DNA of 62,770 bases, the filler included, from Octopus bimaculoides (taxonomy: Eukaryota), in the NCBI RefSeq assembly GCF_001194135.2. It is 5 parts of 5 records of this genome, joined end to end, with 100 filler letters (N's around TTAATTAATTAA, not from the genome) between each part and the next. Parts side by side here need not be neighbours in the genome. Positions count along the whole stretch, not along the records: positions 1 to 27,546 come from NW_026297134.1; 4 more parts are not named here. The stretch is one strand, 5' to 3'. Both the position numbers and the translations under genes were made by a program. Below the pieces are notes generated by a model. It worked only from the letters and a program-made list of their open reading frames with translations. It was not told the DNA's origin and did no database searches. Of the stretch, positions 12,100-22,124 are shown piece by piece. The stretch's first letter is position 1, and each line of letters begins with the position of its first letter.

Positions 12100-12803
12100 C
12101 ACATATATAAGAAACAAAAAGTACAAAACTAAAAGAAAAACAGTGTTATCAAGTGATAATTAAATGAGATAATTGCAACATCGTTAGATTATTTAAGGTG
12201 TCTTAATAGAGAAAGGAAATTTAGGAAAGTTAGTCTGTTTTGTTGCAGACCTAAGTATTGAGCTATTACCTGGTCCCACTGGATAAAGCATAAGAATATT
12301 GACCAAACACATAGTGGTCACCTGATGACCAGCAATGATGATAGGTATGTCCCACTATAATAAAATATAGATTCTTAATGAAGAATTTTTACTCTCAGGT
12401 ATAAAACTTGCAAATATTTATTTCAGAAACTCCAAAGTTAGAGAAGTTACTCCAAGCTGTCGCACAACTGTTAGGAAGCAAGTGGAAGCAAGTTGGTGAG
12501 TATAAAATAACAGTACTTAATTGATTTTAATAGGTGTCAGCTTTTGTTTGTCAGCATGACTGAGAGAAGATCCCATTCCAACTTTGCAATTGAAAGGCTA
12601 GCTGTAAAGTGATTCTATTAAATGTATTGGTATTACTGAAACTTCATAAAATAACCACCGAGATTAGCAGGGTTAGTAAAATGGATAAATTAGAGGACAC
12701 AATAGATTTAATATTGTCTTTTGAGAGAGCAAATTAAAATATGTCATTTTAACTAAAAATTGGTTAGTTAATGACCAATTTGTTTTGTTTGTTTTACATT
12801 TTT
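12100..12803 (+). repeat. Intron-exon-intron cassette copy 3
   Basis: Homologous along its length to 7140-7835. Confidence 0.9.
12427..12495 (+). CDS. 69-nt exon encoding the start of the death domain (cassette copy 3)
   Basis: tttatttcAG|...caagttg|GTgagt. Encodes TPKLEKLLQAVAQLLGSKWKQV, which joins the last exon to give the death-domain motif LGSKWKQVGRHLG. Confidence 0.88.
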
Positions 12804-13449
12804 NNNNNNNNNNNNNNNNNNNNNNNNNNNNNNNNNNNNNNNNNNNNNNNNNNNNNNNNNNNNNNNNNNNNNNNNNNNNNNNNNNNNNNNNNNNNNNNNN
12901 NNNNNNNNNNNNNNNNNNNNNNNNNNNNNNNNNNNNNNNNNNNNNNNNNNNNNNNNNNNNNNNNNNNNNNNNNNNNNNNNNNNNNNNNNNNNNNNNNNNN
13001 NNNNNNNNNNNNNNNNNNNNNNNNNNNNNNNNNNNNNNNNNNNNNNNNNNNNNNNNNNNNNNNNNNNNNNNNNNNNNNNNNNNNNNNNNNNNNNNNNNNN
13101 NNNNNNNNNNNNNNNNNNNNNNNNNNNNNNNNNNNNNNNNNNNNNNNNNNNNNNNNNNNNNNNNNNNNNNNNNNNNNNNNNNNNNNNNNNNNNNNNNNNN
13201 NNNNNNNNNNNNNNNNNNNNNNNNNNNNNNNNNNNNNNNNNNNNNNNNNNNNNNNNNNNNNNNNNNNNNNNNNNNNNNNNNNNNNNNNNNNNNNNNNNNN
13301 NNNNNNNNNNNNNNNNNNNNNNNNNNNNNNNNNNNNNNNNNNNNNNNNNNNNNNNNNNNNNNNNNNNNNNNNNNNNNNNNNNNNNNNNNNNNNNNNNNNN
13401 NNNNNNNNNNNNNNNNNNNNNNNNNNNNNNNNNNNNNNNNNNNNNNNNN

Positions 13450-13910
13450 CCACAGACACAGCAGAATGGGTCTGCCAGATGCTTACAACCTCTTGATGCC
13501 ATCTGTGATGAATGCTGTTCTTGGATAGTTAGAAACAAACTGAACTGTTGATCTTATGATCCCTTTATTTACACTGGCATCTATGTTGCCAAAACGTTCT
13601 AGAAATTCTTCGAAATTTTAGTAACTCCTTGATGATAGTTCTAGAAAACTCTGCTTCAGTAACCCAGCACTGAATCTGTCTGGAAATAGGTTTCAAAACA
13701 TTGATGTCCAGGTGACAAAAGCAACGTTTGAAGGGAACAGATGTCCTTTCCTTTGATTTCTTGATGGAATTGAATAAGAAATGACACTTACTGATCAAGG
13801 ACAACAAAATATTTAAAGTTTGTTATAAAGTCTTATTGATTTCTCTCTAAATCATGTCCTTGAACCATTGAAAGAGATCCTTATAATGATTCATGAACCC
13901 GTGTTGTCTA
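13450..13910 (-). mobile_element. 5' end of a Chapaev3-like (CMC superfamily) DNA transposon; remainder in the gap
   Basis: The minus strand from ATG 13502 reads MASRGCKHLADPFCCVCG, matching from memory the N-terminal zinc-binding start of Chapaev3 transposases (MASRGCKH.AD.FCYVCG). The upper boundary is approximate. Confidence 0.55.
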
Positions 13911-13932
13911 GCAAACTGTGTTATATTTTGTA

Positions 13933-15237
13933 TTGGGTCATCCCATAAATAATGCAGTTTTTTCAATTGTATGAACAGAAAGTCAGAGGGGGACGGGATA
14001 AACTACCTGCATCAACTTGCTATAAAGGCAGGTAGTAATTTTACAATTTACTTATTCTTAGTGCAAGTTCTGAAGTGTGCAGTTCAATTTTAATAGTTAC
14101 TTTTTCAAAGCTATAATGGAAGTTACAAAGGAGAATATTTTGCTTTATGAATTCAGTAAAGGCAACAATGCAACAGAAAGCATGAGGAATATTAATGCAG
14201 TGTCTTGGGATCAGAAACTAAGCGTAAGCCAGTGTCAATGGTGGTTTCATAAATTCCGAGCCAGAAACTACAGCCTAGAAGATGAGCCTCGTCCTGGAAG
14301 ATCTGTAGAGCTCAACGAGGACGTCCTGCAAACGCTGGTGGAACACAATCCCATTGTAACTAGCAGAGAAGCTTGGATTTGGTCATTCAACCATTCATTG
14401 ATACTTGCATGGTATTGGAAAAATCATCAAATTGGGTCAATGGATCACGCACAGAGTGAATGTGTGCTCTCCTCTGCTGTCATGTCTCATGAATGAACCT
14501 CTTTTGAACCGAATAGTGACTGGTGACAAGAAACGGGTTCTCTATAAATACGTCAAGCACCAAAGACAGTGGGTAGGGAGAGGGGAAACACTGGCACTCC
14601 AGCCTAAAGAAGGTCCTCAGACATGTAAGGTGTTGTTATCTGTTTGGTGGGATATGAAAGATTTAGTCCACTTTGAACTTTTAAACCCTAACNNNNNNNN
14701 NNTGTTTGGTGGGATATGAAAGATTTAGTCCACTTTGAACTTTTAAACCCTAACCAAACGATAACAAAGGAGATCTATTGGAAGCAGCTTGAGTGGCTTA
14801 AGTCAGTGCTAGAAGAGAAACGAACATATTTGGTTCCAAGATAATAAGTGCTTTTCCATCAGGATAATGCTCGGACACATACAGTAAGGATGACATTCCA
14901 AAGGCTGGAGCAGTTTGAATGGGAAACGATGCCCACCCACCATATTCACCAGCCATTGCCCCATCTAATTGTCATTTATTCTGCAGTCTTCAAACTCGTT
15001 CGGACAGAGAAAATATGTTATCAGTGGATGAGGTCAGAATAGAAGTGGAGGGGGTATTTTTCATCATGGACAAGTGAATTTTGGAAGAGAGGCCTTGCAA
15101 GTCTGCCGGATAGATGGAAGAGCATTGTAGAAAATGAATGAAGTATATTAAAGATTTAAAAAGAAGTTTGTTTCTCTTAAGTTTGTAAAATAAAAGAAGT
15201 GTAAACAAACTGCATTATTTATGGGATAATAACCCAA
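13933..15237 (+). mobile_element. Full-length decayed mariner element (about 1.3 kb)
   Basis: TIRs ttgggtcatcccataaataatgcagttt and aaactgcattatttatgggataataacccaa with TA on both sides (13931-32, 15238-39). Transposase remnants MEVTKE..YEFSKGNNATE, EPRPGR, IVTGDKKRVLY, FHQDNARTH, from about 14116 to 15140. Confidence 0.93.
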
Positions 15238-15489
15238 TACATTGTGTCTTTGAGATCATTCTGGTATCTCGTCTATTTGTATTTTGGTCCAGATATGCCT
15301 AATAGGACCAGTATTGTTTGATAGTTCAAACCATATCTTCTAGATATTTCTAACTCTTGATGTTTTAATTATCAATTAGTCAAAAGGGGAGAAACATCAC
15401 AGACAACTATTTCAGGCATTGACCATGGAATGTTATCAAACGGACAAAATGGGATTTCTTTAAAGGGTCTCTGGGGTAATGATACTAAA

Positions 15490-17310
15490 TAGGATGTATA
15501 GGGCTCTCCCGATCCCTTATCTGGTGATCAATGAGGAAACTAGGGATAGAAGAATGTTTAGTGAAAGCTGTGTGAGCCATGTACAGAGACGCTGTCAGTA
15601 AGGTGAGGGTCGGCAACGAGTNNNNNNNNNNGTACAGAGACGCTGTCAGTAAGGTGAGGGTCGGCAACGAGTACAGTGAAGAATTCCGGTTAGAGGTAGG
15701 GGTCCACCAAGGTTCAGTCCTCAGCCCTAACCCTATTTATCATAGTCTTCCAGGCTATAACAGAGGAATGCCCCTGGGAGCTCCTCTATGCTGATGACCT
15801 TGCACTAATCGCTGAGTCACTATCAGCACTAGAGGAGAAGCTTCAGGTGTGGAAGCAAGGACTAGAATCGAAGGGCTTTAGAGTCAACCTAGCAAAAATC
15901 AAAGTCCTAATAAGTAGGAAGTCAGACAAACTACAAATCCCTTCAGTTAGATGGGTCTGCTCAATCTGTAGAAAAGGCGTAGGTAGAAACTCTATAAGAT
16001 GTACCCAGTGTAAGCAATGGACACATAAGAGGTGCAGCAATACAAAAGGAAAGTTAACTAGGAAGTTAGTTTTTGTATGTGGCAGATGTTCAGGAGCAAT
16101 AAACACTGAAAATGTGCAGAAAACAACTTCTGCCACATTCCAGGGAGAAAAACTAGATGTAGTTGATAGCTTCCGCTATGTAGGTAACCAAGTTAGTAGT
16201 GGGGAGGGTATGATGAAATTGTAGCTGCTAGAATAAGAATAGCCTGGGCAAAATTCAGAGAGCTCTTACCTGTGTTGGTGACAAAGGGCCTCTCACTCAG
16301 AGTAAAAGGCAAACTGTACGACGCATGAGGACATGCGTGACTGCTGAGGACATGCGTAAGCTCACGAGGAATGATGCCAGTATGCTCCGATGGATGTGCA
16401 AACTCGACAGAGTGTAAGTACCTTGAGAGTAAAGTTGAACCTTAGAAGCATCAGTTGTAGTGTGCAAGAGAGACGATTGTGCTGGTATGGTCATGTGGCG
16501 AGAATGGATGAGGATAGCTGTGTGAAAAAGTGCCAAGCCCTAGCGGTTGAGGGAACCCGTGGAAGAGGTAGACCCAGTAAGACCTGGGATGAGGTGGTGA
16601 AGCACGACCTTCGAACATTAGGCCTCACTGAGGCAATGACTTGTGACCGAGACCTTTGGAAATATGCTGTGCGTGAGAAGACCCGGCAAGCCAAGTGAGA
16701 CCTTAATCCGAGGCCTCTGCCAGGAGTATAGCCAGCACACTTATGCGTACCTTTCCTTCATTGGACACTAAACTCTTCTTGCAAAGACCTGTTGAGGCAA
16801 GTGAAATCGAAATCGAACTAAATTTGATGACTGGCATTCATGCCAACGTCTCCTTCATTGGACACTAAACTCGTCTTGCGAAGACCTGTTGGGGCAAGTG
16901 AAAGCGAAGTCATGACGACACCTGTACCAGTGGAGCGCTAAGAGCACCATCTGAGCGTGATCGTTACCAGAACCGTCTTCCTGGCACTTGTGCCGGCACC
17001 ATGTGAAAAGACATTCGAGCGAGATCGTTGCCAGTGCCGCTGGACTGGCTTCTGTGCAGGTGACACGTAAGATATACCTTTTTGAGCGTGGTCGTTGCCA
17101 GTACCGCCTGACTGGCCTCCGTGCCGGTGGCCCGTAAAAGCATCCACTACAGTCTCAGAGTGGTTGGTATTAGGAAGGGCATCCAGCCGTAGAAACTCTT
17201 ACAAATCAGATTGGAGCCTGGTGTAGCCTTCTGGTTCACCAGTTCTCAATCAAATCGTCCAACCCATGCTAGCATGGAAAGCGGACATTAAGCGATAGTG
17301 ATGACGACAA
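15490..17310 (+). mobile_element. 5'-truncated RTE-clade LINE (RT C-terminal half, PHD finger, 3' UTR), in the last intron of the RING-DD gene
   Basis: VGVHQGSVLSP, LLYADDL, GFRVNLAKIKV, C4HC3 finger, ERRLCWYGHVARM..GTRGRGRPSKTW, stop at 16698, then a GC-rich 3' UTR ending in a degenerate (gat)n tail. Confidence 0.92.
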
Positions 17311-17339
17311 CGATTCCAGAGATCTGGGGAATCTCTCCA

Positions 17340-17700
17340 GCTTGAATCGGTTCCTCTCCACCTCTCTGGTACTATGGACATGTGTTGCAGGAACAAATTA
17401 CAAGACAAATTCTTCAAGCCTAATCAATGGAGCAGGGGTCCTAAGGGTAGATCAAAAGCTTAATGGTTGGGTGATAGCCATAATCTTAGTTGTTTCTGTT
17501 TGGGAATCCAACATAAAAGTCTAATGATGGCTGCTTCTGATAGGACCCTATGGAAGAGGTTCCTGAAGACTCTATCTTTACAATCCTCGCAAGAATATTG
17601 AGCAGAGACACTGTTGGTGGTCTATATTGATTCTTTAGGTTCTCATACACAAACACTTCTCCTAACATCTGTTTACCATGAATTTTCAATTGATTTTCTT
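17340..17700 (-). mobile_element. Highly decayed LINE RT fragment (possibly L1/Tx1-type)
   Basis: YRPPTVSLLNILARIVK resembles the YRPISLLN..KI motif of LINE RT domain 0/1. Confidence 0.4.
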
Positions 17701-17925
17701 TCAAATCTTCACCATCTTCATCCTGTATTTCCACCTCTTTGTTATTATTTAATTAACATTCTCAGAAACAGAGAACAATGCCTTTTATTTTTTATGTTTC
17801 TTCACTATTTCTCATTCCTTTATTGACTTAGTTTATTTGTTATATTTATGACAACCTACAGTACACATCCTTTATGTAATCGTTAATGATTTTGAAATTA
17901 TTTCTTATTGTTTTATGTTTTGCAG

Positions 17926-18131
17926 GTAGGCATTTAGGAATCAAAAATGTCCAACTGGAAACAATCAGGTTAGACAATCCTCTTAACACTAACGAACATA
18001 GCTTCCAGATGCTGTACAAATGGTACACAAGTTGTGATCAAGAGAAACGAACACTGAAAACACTGAGAGAAGCCCTCGAAGCAGCTGAGTGCTTTGAGGC
18101 ACTTCAATGTCTACCATCAGAAGAAAAGTGA
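17926..18131 (+). CDS. Terminal coding exon encoding the rest of the death domain
   Basis: Polypyrimidine tract and ttttgcAG at 17924-25. Encodes GRHLGIKNVQLETIRLDNPLNTNEHSFQMLYKWYTSCDQEKRTLKTLREALEAAECFEALQCLPSEEK*, with the death-domain pattern (..ML..W....T...L..AL). Confidence 0.9.
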
Positions 18132-18387
18132 ACTTGTGTGTAAATGTTGTAATTGTTTATACTCAAAAGTTAACCTTGATTAAACAGAGACTCATGATCA
18201 AATGCCTTCCAGCCAGGACCCTCCTGTCTTTATGTGGGGAACCCAGAATCACATTGTCCAATGTGTTCTTCTTTAAGGTGATAATTGAACTGAGGACGAT
18301 TTGGCTACTAATTCTAGCAAATCTATCAACCACATAAGAGATTCCCTTCCTGAATTGGTTCCTTACTTCTTAGAAATTAACTTTTGA

Positions 18388-18805
18388 AATAAAGATAATC
18401 TTTGAAATGTTCATTTGTTGTTGTTGTTTTTGCTGTGTATCTAAGCTCCTCCCCAAACGCCTTCCATTGTTGTAGAGACCGTTTTCATATCCTTTCATAT
18501 ATCGATAGTTATCTACCTTCATTTATAGCTGAAAGGGAAATGTCTGGTATATAAATATTGATATCTTTTCTCTTTATATATATCATATAGGGATAGTATT
18601 TCTATGTAATATATGATGTACCTATGGGCATTTCACTTTGTCCTGTTGTGGGTTTTTTAAGACAGCCCTTCCCCTAATGTGGGGGCGTTTGAATAAAACA
18701 CAGGGTTGGGAGTGCAATTAAGAGTTATCTCTATTTTATATTCTAGCTTTAGAATCATTGTTAATTACTAATTACTGCAGTTTAGTTTTTCCAGCAAAAA
18801 ATAAA
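18388..18805 (+). terminator. Candidate polyadenylation signals for the RING-death domain gene
   Basis: AATAAA at 18388, 18692 and 18800, downstream of the stop codon. The sequence is AT-rich, so chance occurrence is likely for some of these. Confidence 0.35.
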
Positions 18806-19184
18806 ACTTTATGATTGCATATATAAAAAATAAATCCATAAATTTCAAATTTATTAATAGAGGTGTTGATAAATCCTTTCCTAATAAAATGATGTCATAT
18901 TTGTGATTTTAATTTCAATGTGATTGTGGGAAAGACAGTGACTCTCACCTTCCAAATAATTTGTTATTAGATTCGTTCATGACAAGAGAGAACAAAACTG
19001 GTTGAGCTGAAATTAAATACAAAAGTATTTCAGTTACATCAAATTCATTTCAGAAATTGATCAACAATTACTATGAAAATTTATTAGAATTCAAACAAAT
19101 TATTTGGTATCAAAGTTTGTATAAAATTATTTTAAGTAAATTGCTAACACATCTTACTGATTTTTAGCTCCAAAATGTGGGAGT

Positions 19185-20020
19185 CAACAACTTCCGGCGG
19201 TGTATATTTCGCGTGTCACTGTTATTTATGACATATTACACTTTGGTCAGTGGAGGCACAATGACCTAGTGGTTAGGGCAGTGGCTTCGCGGTCATAGAA
19301 AAGCGGTTTCGATTCCCAAACCGGGCGTTGTGAGTGTTTATTGAGCGAAAACACCTGCAACTCCACGAGGCTCCGGCAGGGGATGGATGGCAACCCTGCT
19401 GTACTCTTTCACCACAACTTTCTCTCACTCTTACTTCCTGTTTCTGTTGTGCCTGTAATTCAAAGGGTCAGCCTTGTCACACTGTGTCACGTTGAATATC
19501 CCCCGAGAACTACGTTAAGGGTACACGTGTCTGTGGTGTGCTCAGCCACTTGCACGTTGATTTCACGAGCAGGCTGTACCGTTGATCGGATCAACTGGAA
19601 CCCTCGGCGGAGTGCTAACAATAACAAACCTTTGGCCGGCAGATTAAAAAAATAATTGTCACTGTTATTTATGACATATTTCATCTCAGTTACGTTTGTA
19701 TGAATAAACGATTGTACTTGAAGCATATTTACTTCATGTCACCACCACAATCGTTCGTGCATTTCTACTACTTTTAGTCTTTTTTTTCATGCTTTTCAGC
19801 TATTTTCGGAAAGACATTTTTGCCCCCCACTCCCCTTCTAATTTCTTCATTTTTTCACATTTTTCCGTAACTCTAACACGAAAATCCCAACCCTAACTCT
19901 AAAACCCTAACCCTGATCCTAGAACCCTAACCCTAAAACCTGAAAGCTAAAACCAGTACAAACGCACGAACGATGTCATAAATAACTGACAAACGAAATA
20001 TACACCGCAAGAAGTTGTTG
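19185..20020. mobile_element. Non-autonomous TIR (foldback/MITE-like) element with internal telomere-like repeats
   Basis: 19185-19233 (caacaacttccggcggtgtatatttcgcgtgtcactgttatttatgaca) is the near reverse complement of 19974-20020. Degenerate (ccctaa)n at about 19887-19936. Confidence 0.7.
19238..19656 (+). mobile_element. tRNA-derived SINE flanked by a 24-bp direct repeat
   Basis: Pol III A-box (tgacctagtgg) and B-box (ggtttcgattccc) near 19262-19317. Identical tgtcactgttatttatgacatatt at 19214-19237 and 19657-19680. Confidence 0.8.
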
Positions 20021-20339
20021 TTGACAAACCACGGCAGTAATTTTATTCAGCTGAATACACGTCATTGATTGGTTGAAATTACCGAAATACGACAACTTTA
20101 ACACGAAATAACTTTTAAAATATAAACTTTTCTCAACACCACTAAGAGTAAAATATGTTTTATATGACACATTCTACCAATGTCCGAAGTTTGAAAGTGT
20201 TTAGTTCCAAAAAATTAATTTCTCGATGTGCTGCCGTTGAAAGGGAATAGATGCAACAATCTTTTATTTTTCGTCTGTACAAGAGTTACATCTTGGGACA
20301 ATCAGTAACCAGGTCGCCTTGGTGTGNNNNNNNNNNCTA

Positions 20340-20645
20340 TGCATATATTATTTATTATGTAGATTCCGAATATACAAAAATTTTCGGTGAAAGTGTTTTG
20401 GAATGGGGGTGGGGGACAATTTTCGGAAATTCCAACAGAGTCTACTTAAATTCCAGGAAACTTCCAGGAAAATGAATATTTTTTCGTGAAATTTTCTACA
20501 AATATACCTTGATGTATGTACATTTCGAGCATGTAGGAATTTTGAAGGAAACAACTGCAGGTTATTTTTGAGAAGTGTTCCCCACTCGGTGGTGTTTCGG
20601 AGCAAGTCGTCCATAATTGTTTCATTTTTCTCTATTATGTGCATC
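20340..20645 (-). mobile_element. Partial copy of the MITE family found at 44064-44577
   Basis: Reverse-complement homology to 44200-44470, e.g. ccccactcgg..gtgtttcg, attccgaatatacaaaa, gaaattttctacaaatatacct. Confidence 0.7.
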
Positions 20646-21509
20646 CGTAGATTCCTAATGAAGTAAATCGCTGCTTCTGTTCTCTTCTACTTCTCTACTA
20701 GAAACGTTTACTTTGGAATTTACTTCTATTGAGAAAAACAAAATCGTGTGAATTGTTGTTTTTAACGAAAGTTTTCTTATGACGGCTTCTCTTTTCTGCG
20801 TATACACGTACACACAAACACACACACACACATACACAAAGACGCATACACACAACATACACTTACAAGCGCACACTCACACAACCACACACACACACAC
20901 ACATACACATACACCCACACACTTGCACTCATACACTTACACACAAGCAAACAAATCCCCTCAACTGAGAAGAGTCAACTGTTGTCTTTTGCGAGCGAGA
21001 AACCTCAAATCTTGTTCGCTGCGAGTCAAAGGAGTCAAAAGGCCTCGACTTTTTGCAGATTTTCTCTTCGCAGTTATTCCCCTTCGTATGTATTAACATT
21101 ACGAGTTTCTCAGTTCTCTCCCTTTATTATTTTTTTGGTTTCTTTTTTAAACAAAATGTCAGTTCCTTAATTTCTTCTGCAAATTTTAATGTCTTATAAC
21201 TTGAGTTCTGTAGAAGAAAACAATTTCGCTGTAAAAACCATCCTTTTTGCAAATCATTATACTTTTGAAATTTCTCTCTACTTAAATGTCATTTTTATAA
21301 TGTCTTTCTTATATTTAAGAACCACATTTCATGGTGTAATGATGAATATCTCGGAATCCCGTTCAGCTTATTTCTCCAGTTTTAGAATTTAATGATAAAG
21401 TCCCCATCAAAAATTCGTTTCGTGTATCTATCCTGATGAATATGTTAAGAATAAATCCCTGTAAAGGGAAGAATTTTTAAAAATCGTTCTATAAATTCGC
21501 CTCCAAAAT

Positions 21510-21960
21510 TCATTTTCAGCAATGGTAGTCATAGCTTCCCAACTCTGTGGTCTTGGTTTCAGTCCCACTGCATGGCACCCTGGACAAATGTCTTCTGATA
21601 TAGCCCCGGGCTGAGCAAAACCTTGTGAGTGGAAGAGAGTCAGCTTCGATGAGATGGAGTTTGGTTTCGTGACGGGGAGAAACACTAGTGAAGCTATTTA
21701 CCTGTTCAGGCCACGATTTCGTGGATACAGGCAACATTTCTTTGTGTGTTTTTGTCTGTGTTTATCCCCCAACCGTTTGAGAGCCTGTTTTGGTATATTT
21801 ATGTACCTGTAACTGAGCGGTTCAGCGAAATAGACGGATAGAATGAGTCCCAGGATGAACAAGAAAAGTAAATTATCAATGGTGTCGATTCTATCGACTA
21901 AAATTGTTCAAGATGCTGCCCCAGCATGGCCACAGCGAAATGACAGAATCAAGAAAAAGA
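21510..21960 (+). mobile_element. Abundant tRNA-derived SINE with a central (TG)n region
   Basis: Head cttcccaac..ggtttcagtcccactgcatggcacc.tgg.caa.tgtcttct and tail ..gtcgatt..tcgactaaa..ccagcatggcc.cag..aatgac. Homologous to 36820-37210, 31290-31510, 35170-35380 and 53950-54170. Confidence 0.75.
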
Positions 21961-22124
21961 TTTTAAAATTGAGTGTGTGTGTGCGTGTGTATGTGCGTGA
22001 ATGCGTGTGTGTGTGTGTGCTTGGAACATGTCCATGTTTATATTGTGTAAATTCAAACACGACTCTACAAGCCACAACATTAAAAATTAAAGACAGAGAC
22101 GGACAGAAAAGGGGAAAATGTCCC

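Noticed and set aside
19251-19325. tRNA gene (also SINE heads at 21510, 36820 and 54100)
   Set aside because: A/B boxes are present but there is no full cloverleaf, and the sequence continues into a SINE body.
19887-19936. True telomere
   Set aside because: The run is short, degenerate and internal to a TIR-bounded element in mid-scaffold.
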